From Lewinella sp. LCG006 (GTDB lineage: Bacteria; Bacteroidota; Bacteroidia; Chitinophagales; Saprospiraceae): a DNA stretch of 32,000 nt. Each line of letters starts with the position of its first letter. Within the stretch, counting starts at the first letter, position 1. Position numbers and translations under genes: made by a program. Below the pieces are notes generated by a model. The model did not search any database, was not told the DNA's origin, and worked only from the letters and a program-made list of their open reading frames with translations. This document shows positions 8,725-17,933 of this stretch, in pieces. The stretch spans positions 4,723,802 through 4,755,801 of the forward strand of contig NZ_CP160680.1 in assembly GCF_040784935.1 (NCBI RefSeq), read 5' to 3'.

Positions 8725-10188
8725 ATGAAATTTGGATTAGTACTTGCATTGATGGGCATTTCTACGCTGGCACTTATGGGTGTGCAGGTCTATTGGCTGA
8801 AGGAGCAATACCAACAGCAGCAACACGCGCTGTATCGGGATGCCCAAAAAGGGATCGGTGCCCTTAATCAGGAGTTGAATCGTCGCAACTCTTTTGTTTC
8901 CCAACTTCAAGACCAAAATACCTACGATTTTCAGACCTGGAGTGCCGATTCTTCCCGCCTTTTTATTTTTGCGAGCAACGTTTCGGATCAGCTTCCTCAT
9001 CCAGATACCACATTGCAATTAAAGCGCAAGAAAGAGGCGCAAGCATTGGCCGATCAGGTGTTGCAAAGCACTTCTACTGCTCCGGGGATATTTGAAACGA
9101 TCCTCCTTCGTTCGGTGCAGCAGTGCTCCACGTGCGAGCCAGATCAATCCTTGGGAGACCGCTATCCAATCGACCAGTTATTGGCGGAGAAACTGAAGGA
9201 AGAGGGAGTTCATTTACCTTTTGTTGCGGGCTTATACCAGCAAGGTACGAGCGTGTGGAAACACCTGTATCCGACGAGTTCAGCAGTGGATACGATGCGC
9301 CTGGCGGCGTCTCCTCTGAACCTGCTATTGATGGGGCAGGAAGAGGCCTTGTACGTGTATTTTCCTGGGCAGCGCGTGTGGATTTTTAAGCAACTTTGGC
9401 TTCAGCTCCTGGTCTCGGTGTTATTGGTGATGATCATCTTTGGGAGTTTCTACTATGCCTGGCGCATCATTAATCGGCAGAAGAAATTGTCGGAAATGAA
9501 GAATGATTTCATCAATAATATGACGCATGAGTTCAAGACGCCCATCGCTACCATTGCCTTCGCAGTAGCCAATATCAACAATGAGCAGATCATAGCCGAT
9601 CCCGATTTAGTCCGGCAGTTTACCGGGATCATCAAAAATGAAAACCAACGGCTGAACAGTCAGGTAGAGAAGGTAATGAATGCTGCTCTGACGGATGAAA
9701 AAGCCCTGGCACTGAATTGGGAGGCGACTGCTCTGTATCCGTTGTTCAGCACTCTGGCCGCAGCGGCCAAGCTCCGGATTGAGGAGAATGGCGGGCATTT
9801 GCAGCTGGAGATCAATGATATTAAAGGCGTAACCTGGTTGACCGACCCCTTCCATTTAGCCAATGTAATAAACAACCTTCTTGATAACGCCATAAAATAC
9901 GCTGGGGCAGCGCCACCAAATGTTTTACTAAAGGCCACCTGCCAGCAGGAGGAGTTGCACATTGCCATCAAGGATAGCGGCATCGGCATCAGCAAAGAAG
10001 ATTTACCCATGGTATTCGATAAATTCTACCGGGCACCTACCGGAGATTTGCATAACGTCAAAGGCTTCGGCTTGGGGCTGAGCTACGTAGAGGAAATTAT
10101 TCGTCGCTTGGGTGGATCAGTAAACGTCAAAAGCGTACTCGGTAAAGGAAGTGTTTTCTCGGTTGTCGTACCCCAAAAACAAGCATAG
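8725..10188 (+). CDS. two-TM sensor histidine kinase (HisKA + HATPase_c), 487 aa from ATG 8725
   Basis: H-box NNMTHEFKTPIATI, N-box NLLDNAIKY, G-boxes KDSGIGI and GFGLGLSYV. The first TM helix (MKFGLVLALMGISTLALMGVQVYWL) begins at the ATG at 8725. The track ORF begins at a TTG at 8611, but those 38 extra codons look non-coding. Confidence 0.9.
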   Translation: MKFGLVLALMGISTLALMGVQVYWLKEQYQQQQHALYRDAQKGIGALNQELNRRNSFVSQLQDQNTYDFQTWSADSSRLFIFASNVSDQLPHPDTTLQLKRKKEAQALADQVLQSTSTAPGIFETILLRSVQQCSTCEPDQSLGDRYPIDQLLAEKLKEEGVHLPFVAGLYQQGTSVWKHLYPTSSAVDTMRLAASPLNLLLMGQEEALYVYFPGQRVWIFKQLWLQLLVSVLLVMIIFGSFYYAWRIINRQKKLSEMKNDFINNMTHEFKTPIATIAFAVANINNEQIIADPDLVRQFTGIIKNENQRLNSQVEKVMNAALTDEKALALNWEATALYPLFSTLAAAAKLRIEENGGHLQLEINDIKGVTWLTDPFHLANVINNLLDNAIKYAGAAPPNVLLKATCQQEELHIAIKDSGIGISKEDLPMVFDKFYRAPTGDLHNVKGFGLGLSYVEEIIRRLGGSVNVKSVLGKGSVFSVVVPQKQA

Positions 10189-10191
10189 ACC

Positions 10192-10899
10192 ATGATTAAA
10201 GCCCGTATTTTAGTCGCCGAAGATGATCCCAATTTTGGTCTGGTAATGAAGAGCTATCTGAGCTTGCAACAATACGATGTTACGCTTTGCGAAGACGGGA
10301 ATAAGGCCCTGAGTGTTCTACAGCATCAGGATTTTGATCTTTGTATCCTCGATGTGATGATGCCTTTTTGTGATGGCTTCACCGTCGCTCAGCGTATTCA
10401 AAAAAGCGGGCGAAAGATGCCGGTTGTTTTCCTGACGGCCAAAGCATTGAAGGAAGATCAGATCAAAGGCTATCGACTCGGAGCTATCGATTATTTGATC
10501 AAACCTTTTGATCCCGATATTCTGCTGCTAAAAGTTCAAGCCATCTTGCGCCTCCCTGGTGGTGAGGAAGATCCTACTATCCAGTACCGTATAGGCCCTT
10601 TTGTTTTTAACCCCCATCTACGCCAGCTCCGGAATGACGAGACACAGTGGAAGCTCAGCCCCAAAGAAAATAGTTTATTAGAGCTGCTTTGTCAAAAAAA
10701 AGGAACAGTACTCCTCCGTGAAGAAGCTTTACTCAAAATATGGGGGGAAGAGAGTTTCTTTACGGGGCAAAGTATGAATGTATACATCACCAAATTGCGC
10801 AATTATTTTCGGACCGCCAGCGAGCATCCGGTGAGCATTGAAAATCTTCACAGCAAAGGCTTTATGCTCACCCCCGCTGCGGAAGCAGAAGAAGGATAG
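10192..10899 (+). CDS. OmpR/PhoB-family response regulator (receiver + winged-helix DNA-binding domain), 235 aa
   Basis: Receiver motifs ILVAEDDP, phospho-acceptor context LCILDVMMP, and LTAK. The C-terminal winged helix includes LSPKENSLLELL..REEAL..IWG..MNVYITKLRNYF. The gene starts 3 nt after the kinase stop codon, so the two are probably co-transcribed. Confidence 0.9.
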   Translation: MIKARILVAEDDPNFGLVMKSYLSLQQYDVTLCEDGNKALSVLQHQDFDLCILDVMMPFCDGFTVAQRIQKSGRKMPVVFLTAKALKEDQIKGYRLGAIDYLIKPFDPDILLLKVQAILRLPGGEEDPTIQYRIGPFVFNPHLRQLRNDETQWKLSPKENSLLELLCQKKGTVLLREEALLKIWGEESFFTGQSMNVYITKLRNYFRTASEHPVSIENLHSKGFMLTPAAEAEEG

Positions 10900-11070
10900 C
10901 GGCGATGCGCAAGTGCTTTAATGACGGCTTTTTTTAAATCCATTGAATAGAAAACGGACATCACCAAAACTAATGGTTCTTGACACTATCTCCTAGCAGA
11001 AAATGGTAGGATTCACGAGCATTTGAATAAATTACTGTTTCCTTACAGTAAGGTATTCCAGGCAAGCAAA

Positions 11071-11102
11071 TTGTGTTTTTGTAAAACAAGTGCCTATTTT
11101 TG
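11071..11102 (+). promoter_or_regulatory. candidate Bacteroidota promoter (-33 TTG / -7 TAnnTTTG) for the 11192 gene
   Basis: TTG at 11071..11073 and an exact TATTTTTG at 11095..11102, with a 21-nt spacer. This would give a leader of roughly 80 nt before the ATG at 11192. Confidence 0.45.
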
Positions 11103-11191
11103 AGCTGAAATTGATGGACCTTACTTGTTTCTAAACACTTGTCAGGACTAACGCTTTCATTTATCTCTCAACTCAAAGAAAGCTCTCTGTG

Positions 11192-12793
11192 ATGAATAAA
11201 ATATTACCGACTTTTTGCGTGCTCTTCCTACTGATTGCATTTATTCCCCAATTAGTAGCACAAAACCTCACCATTCCAGGCATTTCCGAGATCACCAGTG
11301 GCAATGTTGGCTATATCCAAAAAGAGAACAAAACCGAAGCTTATTACTTCTTGTCTATAACCGGAGAGCGTACCAGCAAGGACGATGAGCTGATGGATCA
11401 CTTGCTCACTATTGTAGATGTAAATCTTCACCCCATATTGCATTACTCCATTCGCCTTGGTGAGAAATCTTTCATCAAAGGTATTGCCCAACAGGATGAC
11501 CATTTCGGAATCGTTTTTGCCGACGAAGAGGAAGAGCGACAATGGCTGGAAATCCTTGATAGAGCAGGCAATAAGCTAAGATCTACTGAACTGGTCTTTC
11601 CAAACTATAACGAAAATAAAATACCCGAGGATCATCATCTTACCGAACAAGCACCAATTGCGGGAGTTATGGGTGGGTTCATCGTTCATCAGCATACGGC
11701 ACCCAACTTCCGAATCAAAGGCTGGCGCGAACATCAGGTGCTTTTCTTCTCACTGGAAGATCCCGCCAAGGATTGGGCCAGTAGCAAAACCCAGTTAGAG
11801 GACCGCGATTATTGGGGAGGCCATTTATGGTCCAACGATACCTTGGTGTTGAGTAATCAAATAGGTCAAGGATTCAATAGGATAGGGAATTACACAGTAA
11901 TACAATCGCAAGTACTCGCGCATGATTTGCGAACAGGTGAGCTACTATTCACCTATAACATACGGAGTGCAAACGAAGCCCCTCGTTTGGCCTGGGCTAC
12001 CGATGATGGTTTTGCAGTGGTAGGTCTAGTCTATGGTGGGGAGAACAAAGCACAGTTGGTCTCGAACAGCTACAGCGTATACGAAGCTCGTTTCAACACC
12101 ACAGGCCGTCATTTGAAGACTTATACGATGGACTACTATCGAGATCTACCAGCACTGATTGGTAAAGAGATTCAGGACGAAAAAGCAGGTATAGAGGGAA
12201 TTGGCTATTTGTACTTTCACCAAATTAATCGCTTGCCCAATGGTCAGCTCATTTTGAACTTGGAGAGCTTTGATCTCGAGTTCAGAGGCCATATCAATGA
12301 TGGCTTGGTTTGCATTATGGAGAGCGATTTAACCCTCAAGTCTGTCGAACGGATTCCCAAAAAGCCCCACGGTGTTTTTTACAATATAAATGCGCGGAAG
12401 ATAGAGTATAGAATGACGACTCATCCAACTTCTTGGGAGAAACCGTATGCTATTGACCATGGACATGGTAATTATCTAGTTCCTTCAAAAGTCAAAAAGA
12501 TTAATGAACCTTTTGAACCGGTACCAAGGCTATCAAATAAATATTTCGATTTCATTTTTCAAACCATTGATGACACAGGAGTCGTCACCTTTTCCTACTT
12601 CGATCAGGAAAAAACAGATGAGTCGAAAACCAATATTCGATTAGTTTCTTTAGCGAACGAAGAATTCTCCGAGCAGGAAATCGCCCTCCCTCACGGCGAG
12701 CGGAAATACTTTATCTGGCCCAATACCGGTGGGAGGATTACCGTACTCACCCAGAATAAAAAAGAAAACACCCTTGAAGTAGTCGTCATATGA
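11192..12793 (+). CDS. hypothetical secreted protein (533 aa from ATG 11192), no T9SS CTD, family not recognised
   Basis: Signal peptide MNKILPTFCVLFLLIAFIPQLVAQ; the track ORF starts one codon earlier at a GTG. The ORF is long and clean with no recognisable catalytic motif. It looks more AT-rich than its neighbours by eye. Confidence 0.75.
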   Translation: MNKILPTFCVLFLLIAFIPQLVAQNLTIPGISEITSGNVGYIQKENKTEAYYFLSITGERTSKDDELMDHLLTIVDVNLHPILHYSIRLGEKSFIKGIAQQDDHFGIVFADEEEERQWLEILDRAGNKLRSTELVFPNYNENKIPEDHHLTEQAPIAGVMGGFIVHQHTAPNFRIKGWREHQVLFFSLEDPAKDWASSKTQLEDRDYWGGHLWSNDTLVLSNQIGQGFNRIGNYTVIQSQVLAHDLRTGELLFTYNIRSANEAPRLAWATDDGFAVVGLVYGGENKAQLVSNSYSVYEARFNTTGRHLKTYTMDYYRDLPALIGKEIQDEKAGIEGIGYLYFHQINRLPNGQLILNLESFDLEFRGHINDGLVCIMESDLTLKSVERIPKKPHGVFYNINARKIEYRMTTHPTSWEKPYAIDHGHGNYLVPSKVKKINEPFEPVPRLSNKYFDFIFQTIDDTGVVTFSYFDQEKTDESKTNIRLVSLANEEFSEQEIALPHGERKYFIWPNTGGRITVLTQNKKENTLEVVVI

Positions 12794-12823
12794 TTGGGAT
12801 AGATTAGCTTCCTCTACATTCCC

Positions 12824-12831
12824 TACCTTTG
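12824..12831 (+). promoter_or_regulatory. candidate -7 promoter box (TAnnTTTG) for the fusion gene
   Basis: Exact TACCTTTG, 33 nt upstream of the ATG at 12865. The nearest upstream TTG (12794..12796) sits at a longer-than-usual spacing. Confidence 0.35.
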
Positions 12832-12864
12832 CCTCCTTCTACTCCAACGAATGTCTAGTAAGCT

Positions 12865-15800
12865 ATGGCCAAAACTTTACCTGCGGGTTTCTTTCGTGAT
12901 ATTGGGGAAATTACAACCCTGGTAAAAAACCACTACGGGCTCACCGTCACGGCCCGCCCCCTCGCCGGTGAAGTCGATCTCAACTTCTACCTCCAGACCC
13001 CGGCGGGGGAGGAGTATACCCTCAAAATCAGCCGCCCCGGGGAGTCACGGGCCACGCTGGAGTTTCAGGCCGCCATCTTGGAGCATCTCAGCAGGCAAAC
13101 CCTCCCTTGGCCAGTGCCACGGATGGTTCCCAGTCTATCCGGCAAGTACCTGCTGGAAATGAAGGACAAAGAGGGCCGCGTCCACTTCGTCCGCTTGCAA
13201 TCCTGGGTCAGCGGTCGCTTGTTAGACGAGATCAATCCCCGCAGCCCGGAACTGCTCCAGCAATGGGGAGCTGCCTGCGGTCACCTGAATCTTGCCCTGG
13301 CGGATTTCGATCATCCAGAGGCACACCGTTTCTACAAGTGGGACCCTAGTCAGACCTTGTTCTCCCGGCAACATCTGCCCCTTTTTGCTACCCCGGCGCA
13401 GCAAGAGATCGCCAACTACTTTTGGGATCGGTTCGAAAAAATCGTCCAACCCCAATTGACCTCCCTTCGCACCACCGTCAATTACAATGATGCCCACGAG
13501 CTGAACCTTCTGGTCAACGACGAAGGCGAAAGCCCCACCATCTGCGGTGTGATCGACTTTGGGGATGCACTCCATACGCAGCTCGTCAACGAATTGGCCA
13601 TCGCCTGCGCCTACGGCGTGATGGGCTTACCCGACCCGCTCACCGCAGCTTGCCAACTCACTCGAGGTTTTCACCAAATACGGCCACTCACTGAGGCGGA
13701 GGTGGCAGTGCTTTTCGAGATGATAGCGGCCCGTTTGCTCATCACAGTGGCTTCGGCGGCCCACAACCAGCAGGCCGAACCAGATAATGAATACCTACAA
13801 GTCAGTGAGCAACCCGCCTGGGAGCTGTTGCAGAAATGGCGGAAGATCTCCCCAGCTCAAGCCCATTACCGTCTGCGGGAAGCTTGCGGCTGGGAGCCCG
13901 TCCCGCAGCGCAAAGCTTTCGATCAGTGGTTAGCCACCCAGCCAGCTATTGCTCCCGTCATGCCCTGGACGGACAAGCCTACCATTCCCCTGGACTTGGG
14001 GGTGGGGAGCCTGGATTTAGGCAATAACGAGAATTTTCTGACCATCCAGCCTTTCGCTAAAACCGTTGATCGGATGCTGGCCGAAGCGGAGGCAGATTTT
14101 GGCGTCGGCGGTTACGGTGAGATACGCCCATTTTATACTACCGATGCCTACCAGGTCATGGGCAATGCTGGTGCCCAGTGGCGTACCGTTCACCTGGGGC
14201 TGGATGTGTGGGGTGTTGCCGAAACACCGGTCTTTGCGCCCTTGGCGGGAACGGTTGTTAGCGCTGCCGACAATGCGGGTGAGCGCGATTATGGGCCCAC
14301 TATTATTCTCCAACACGAGGTTGCTCCCTCGCTCACGTTTTATACCCTTTATGGCCACCTCAGCCGTTCGTCGCTGACCAATATTGAAGTCGGACAGACG
14401 GTAGCTGCGGGCCAGCAAATCGCTACCATTGGCCCAGCGCCCGAGAATGGCAACTGGCCTCCACATCTCCACTTTCAGATCATCCTCGACCTGCTGGACA
14501 ATACGCAGGATTTTCCCGGCGTCGCTTACCCCGACGAAAGGGCTACCTGGCTCAGCAATTGCCCCGACCCTGGGTTGTTCTATCCCGAACTGCCCCAGCT
14601 ACCGCAAGCTCCGCTAACGGTCAAAGAGCTACTCTCCATTCGCCAGCAAAAGTTGGGCCGCAGCCTCAGCATTTCTTATCAAGAGCCTCTGCACATCGTG
14701 CGCGGCTTCGGGGCTTACCTCTACGATACGGATGCCCGCCGCTACCTCGATACCGTCAACAATGTGGCACATGTCGGGCATGAGCACCCCAAAGTTGTGC
14801 GTGCTGCCCAGCGCCAGCAGGCGGTCCTCAACACCAATACCCGCTACCTGCACCCCAATCTGGTGCAGTTTGCCGAAGAGCTGGTTGCTACCATGCCCGA
14901 GGGCTTATCGGTGGTGCATTTCGTCAATTCGGGCAGCGAAGCCAACGAGCTCGCCCTGCGCATGGCCAAAATCTGGGCGGGCCAGCAGGATATGATCGCC
15001 CTGGAGATTGGTTACCATGGCAATACCGGGGCCTGCATTGATATCAGCAGTTATAAGTTTGCTGGCAAAGGCGGTCGGGGGGCGCCTCCCCACACGCACA
15101 TTGTGCCCTTGCCGGATACTTTCCGGGGCCGCTACCGTGATCCCCACACGGCGGGCCAGCTTTACGCCAGCCACGTTCAAGAGGCCATTGAGCGGGTACA
15201 ATCCCAGGGACGCAATATCGCCGGGTTCATCGCCGAGAGCATCGTCAGTTGCGGCGGGCAGATCGTTTTGCCACTGGGCTATCTGCCCGCAGCTTACCAG
15301 ATGGTACGCGCCGCTGGCGGCTTGTGCATCGCCGACGAGGTCCAGGTTGGCTTCGGTAGGGTAGGGCAGCACTTTTGGGGCTTTGAGCTACAAGGCGTGG
15401 TGCCCGATATCGTCACGTTGGGCAAACCCATCGGCAATGGTCATCCTTTGGCGGCAGTGGTTACCACGCCGGCGGTCGCCGACGCCTTCGCCAACGGCAT
15501 GGAGTTCTTCAATACTTTTGGGGGCAACCCCGTGTCCTGCGCCATTGGTCGTGCCGTCTTGGAGGTCATCAAGACCGAAAACCTACAGGCCAATGCCCAG
15601 CAAGTAGGCCACTATCTACGCCAGGGTTTGCTCGCCTTGCAACAGGAATTCCCCATCATCGGCGACGTTCGCGGCCCCGGCTTCTTCCAGGGCATCGAGC
15701 TGATCACCGATCCCGAAAGGTTGACGCCTGCTGCTGCACAAGCCAACTATCTCGCCAATCGTATGCGCCAGCGCGGCATCCTCATGAGCACCGACGGCCC

Positions 15801-15912
15801 TTTACATAACGTTCTCAAAATCAAGCCGCCCATGTGCTTCTCGCAAGAGAATGCGGATTTTCTTTTAGCGAATATGCACTTCGTCCTTAAAGAAAACAAG
15901 ATGCAGGTGTAA
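12865..15912 (+). CDS. three-domain fusion enzyme (1015 aa): hydroxylysine-kinase-like phosphotransferase (APH fold) + M23 metallopeptidase domain + class-III PLP enzyme of the AGXT2L (phospho-lyase) type
   Basis: N-terminal domain: catalytic loop NDAHELNLLV and metal-binding VIDFGD, typical of APH/HYKK-like kinases. Middle domain: HLGLD (HxxxD), YGHLS and PHLHFQI (HxH), the M23 zinc ligands. C-terminal domain: NNVAHVGHEHP, LNTNTRYLH, NSGSEANELALRMAK, ADEVQVGFGRVG, and the PLP-lysine context DIVTLGKPIGNG, closest by eye to animal ETNPPL/PHYKPL. It is a single ORF with no internal stops and no signal peptide. Confidence 0.9.
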   Translation: MAKTLPAGFFRDIGEITTLVKNHYGLTVTARPLAGEVDLNFYLQTPAGEEYTLKISRPGESRATLEFQAAILEHLSRQTLPWPVPRMVPSLSGKYLLEMKDKEGRVHFVRLQSWVSGRLLDEINPRSPELLQQWGAACGHLNLALADFDHPEAHRFYKWDPSQTLFSRQHLPLFATPAQQEIANYFWDRFEKIVQPQLTSLRTTVNYNDAHELNLLVNDEGESPTICGVIDFGDALHTQLVNELAIACAYGVMGLPDPLTAACQLTRGFHQIRPLTEAEVAVLFEMIAARLLITVASAAHNQQAEPDNEYLQVSEQPAWELLQKWRKISPAQAHYRLREACGWEPVPQRKAFDQWLATQPAIAPVMPWTDKPTIPLDLGVGSLDLGNNENFLTIQPFAKTVDRMLAEAEADFGVGGYGEIRPFYTTDAYQVMGNAGAQWRTVHLGLDVWGVAETPVFAPLAGTVVSAADNAGERDYGPTIILQHEVAPSLTFYTLYGHLSRSSLTNIEVGQTVAAGQQIATIGPAPENGNWPPHLHFQIILDLLDNTQDFPGVAYPDERATWLSNCPDPGLFYPELPQLPQAPLTVKELLSIRQQKLGRSLSISYQEPLHIVRGFGAYLYDTDARRYLDTVNNVAHVGHEHPKVVRAAQRQQAVLNTNTRYLHPNLVQFAEELVATMPEGLSVVHFVNSGSEANELALRMAKIWAGQQDMIALEIGYHGNTGACIDISSYKFAGKGGRGAPPHTHIVPLPDTFRGRYRDPHTAGQLYASHVQEAIERVQSQGRNIAGFIAESIVSCGGQIVLPLGYLPAAYQMVRAAGGLCIADEVQVGFGRVGQHFWGFELQGVVPDIVTLGKPIGNGHPLAAVVTTPAVADAFANGMEFFNTFGGNPVSCAIGRAVLEVIKTENLQANAQQVGHYLRQGLLALQQEFPIIGDVRGPGFFQGIELITDPERLTPAAAQANYLANRMRQRGILMSTDGPLHNVLKIKPPMCFSQENADFLLANMHFVLKENKMQV

Positions 15913-15999
15913 ATGGATGGTTAGGGGCCCTGCCTTCGTCCTGGCGGTCCTGGGCACCAGGCTGTCTGTCCCTGCGGTCCGCCCATCCTTGGTCCTTGT

Positions 16000-16016
16000 G
16001 GGGTTGTGTAAAAAGC
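16000..16016. repeat. IS1182-family left terminal inverted repeat
   Basis: ggggttgtgtaaaaagc is an exact reverse complement of 17889..17905. Confidence 0.9.
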
Positions 16017-16087
16017 GCCAAATAGAAAAAGATATGAGCAGAGTGTTTTAACTTTAAGTTGAAGCCAAAAAGAAAAGCCCCCTGCTC

Positions 16088-17755
16088 ATGTCAACAAAGA
16101 TAACACAAAGAGAGAATATTCGCTTTAAAGCTTACACCCAAGACATTGTAATAGATCTTCCTTTACGGATCGAAGAGCTGGTAAAAGACAATGTTTTGGC
16201 GCAGATCATTAATAAGGTAATACAAGAAATAGAGATCAAAGAGTTGGAATGTTACTACAGTGGTATAGGTCGGCCTCCTTATCATCCTCGGATGTTACTT
16301 AAGGTATGGATTTATGGTTATTGTACCAAGGTGTATACGAGTCGTCCCTTAGCGAAGAAGTTAGGCGAAGATTTGGTTTTCATGTGGCTGTCTGGTGGTC
16401 AGCGTCCTTGTTTTAAAACACTGAGTGAATTTCGCTCCTGTCGAATGCAGGACTTGGTAGATACAGTCTTGAGCCAAGTGTTATTTTATTTGGTAGAGCA
16501 GGGCTATGTCAACTTGAGTGACTTGTATGTAGATGGCAGCAAGTGGGCTGCAAATGCCAATAAACATAAAATTGTCTGGCGCAAGAACACGGAACGCTAT
16601 AAGGCCATGGTATTAGAGCGTATAGATAGCCTGCTAGAAGAGGTGCGGGAGTTGCAGCAAGCGGAGGATAATATTTATGGGACTAAGGATTTACTCCAGC
16701 GTCAAGAGGCCGAACAAATTTATCTGGTCTTGAACAGTGAAGACTTAGAGAGGCAGCTTCGTTACCTCAATGAAATTATAGCAGAACAAGGAGACAAAAA
16801 ACGAAAACAATCTTTGGAAAGAATCCATCGTCATTTGTCAAAAGAACAAGTCAACTTAGATAAATACGAAGAGCAGGAATTGATCCTGGCGGGTCGTAAC
16901 TCTTATTCTAAGACGGACGAAGATGCCACAGCCCTGCGCATGAAAGATGATCAATTGTTGCCTGGGTACAATATACAGATTACGACATCGGATCAATTTA
17001 TTGTCAATGCTACGGTTCATCAGGGTGCTTCTGACAGCCCTACTTTGCCCCCTCATGTCCTACAACTAGAACAACGGGTGAGTGGACTGGTAGAATCGGA
17101 TTGGAAGATGGATTATACGGCAGATGCCGGTTATGGCAGTGAAGAGAATTATAGTTTTTTAGCAGAAAAAGGCCATACGGCTTATGTGAAGTATCCGCTG
17201 TGGTACCAGGAAGTTACCGGCAAACTGGACAAACAACTTTTTAATACCACCAATTGGTATTATGATCCAGATCAGGATTATTACCAATGCCCCAATGAGA
17301 AGAAACTATTGTTCAGCCATGAGTTCACAAGTAAGAGCAACAATGGATATGAAAGTAGAACACGGGTTTATGAATCAGAAAGCTGTGCCCAATGTCCTTT
17401 TTATGAACAATGCCGAGGCCCAAATGCTAAACCGGGTACTCATCGAAGGGTGAAAAAGAGGGAGAAATTGGAGGCTTTTAAAAAAGAGGTCAAACAACGA
17501 CTGGCATCAGAAAAAGGCTTAGAGAAACGATCCCAACGTGGTATCGATGTGGAAACGCCCTTTGCCAATATAAAACACAATATGGGACATCGTCGGTTCC
17601 TTCTCCGAGGCATCGACAAAGTCAATGTTGAGTTCCAGTTCCTAGCAATAGCTCACAATCTTAAGAAGGTTTATTGCCTTCAGACAGGGATCTGGGAGGA
17701 TCACTATGTCCAAAGAGCAGCAAGAAGTGCTACTAAACACAAAAAAAGAGCTTAA
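16088..17755 (+). CDS. IS1182-family DDE transposase (555 aa)
   Basis: N-terminal transposase domain GRPPYHPRMLLKVWIYGYCTKVYTSRPLAKKL..FMWLSGGQRPCFKTLSEFR. DDE candidates are YVDGSKWAANAN, YTADAGYGSEENY and ETPFANIKHNMGHRRFLLRG. The Cys-rich insert YYQCPNEKKL..ESCAQCPFYEQC is typical of IS1182/IS5-related transposases. Confidence 0.9.
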   Translation: MSTKITQRENIRFKAYTQDIVIDLPLRIEELVKDNVLAQIINKVIQEIEIKELECYYSGIGRPPYHPRMLLKVWIYGYCTKVYTSRPLAKKLGEDLVFMWLSGGQRPCFKTLSEFRSCRMQDLVDTVLSQVLFYLVEQGYVNLSDLYVDGSKWAANANKHKIVWRKNTERYKAMVLERIDSLLEEVRELQQAEDNIYGTKDLLQRQEAEQIYLVLNSEDLERQLRYLNEIIAEQGDKKRKQSLERIHRHLSKEQVNLDKYEEQELILAGRNSYSKTDEDATALRMKDDQLLPGYNIQITTSDQFIVNATVHQGASDSPTLPPHVLQLEQRVSGLVESDWKMDYTADAGYGSEENYSFLAEKGHTAYVKYPLWYQEVTGKLDKQLFNTTNWYYDPDQDYYQCPNEKKLLFSHEFTSKSNNGYESRTRVYESESCAQCPFYEQCRGPNAKPGTHRRVKKREKLEAFKKEVKQRLASEKGLEKRSQRGIDVETPFANIKHNMGHRRFLLRGIDKVNVEFQFLAIAHNLKKVYCLQTGIWEDHYVQRAARSATKHKKRA

Positions 17756-17888
17756 AAACTCTTTTTTTGAACCTAAAAGGAAAAAATGCTAGTGAGAACT
17801 CTAAGGGAGGACTCACCAGCAGTGTTTTTCAAACAAAACAAGAAACGTCAGCCATCAGCCGATCAAAAGCCTGTTAAGCAACTTGAGG

Positions 17889-17905
17889 GCTTTTTACACA
17901 ACCCC
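17889..17905. repeat. IS1182-family right terminal inverted repeat
   Basis: gctttttacacaacccc is an exact reverse complement of 16000..16016. Confidence 0.9.
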
Positions 17906-17910
17906 CTCGC

Positions 17911-17933
17911 GCTTCAGGCTTCGCATTGCGCGC
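17911..17933. repeat. 23-nt GC-rich repeat motif, copy 1 (GCTTCAGGCTTCGCATTGCGCGC)
   Basis: Matches the reverse complement of 20431..20453 at 19 of 23 positions, including an exact 10-mer GCTTCAGGCT and a 6-mer TTGCGC. It begins 5 nt after the IS right end. Partial relatives are GCTTCGCATTCG at 20701..20712 and GCTTCAGCC at 20719..20727. Confidence 0.6.

Larger units (their letters stand above)
16000..17905 (+). mobile_element. complete IS1182-family insertion sequence (1906 bp)
   Basis: Perfect 17-bp terminal inverted repeats, GGGGTTGTGTAAAAAGC at 16000..16016 and its reverse complement at 17889..17905, bracket a single 555-aa DDE transposase ORF. I see no flanking direct repeat. The element looks more AT-rich than its GC-rich flanks by eye. 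Confidence 0.9.

Noticed and set aside
12968-15607. A dozen 62-155-aa ORFs in alternative frames or antisense within the fusion gene
   Set aside because: This stretch is GC-rich, which suppresses stop codons in all frames. The translations are P/R/A/S-rich low-complexity strings. The main frame carries three recognisable domains without interruption.
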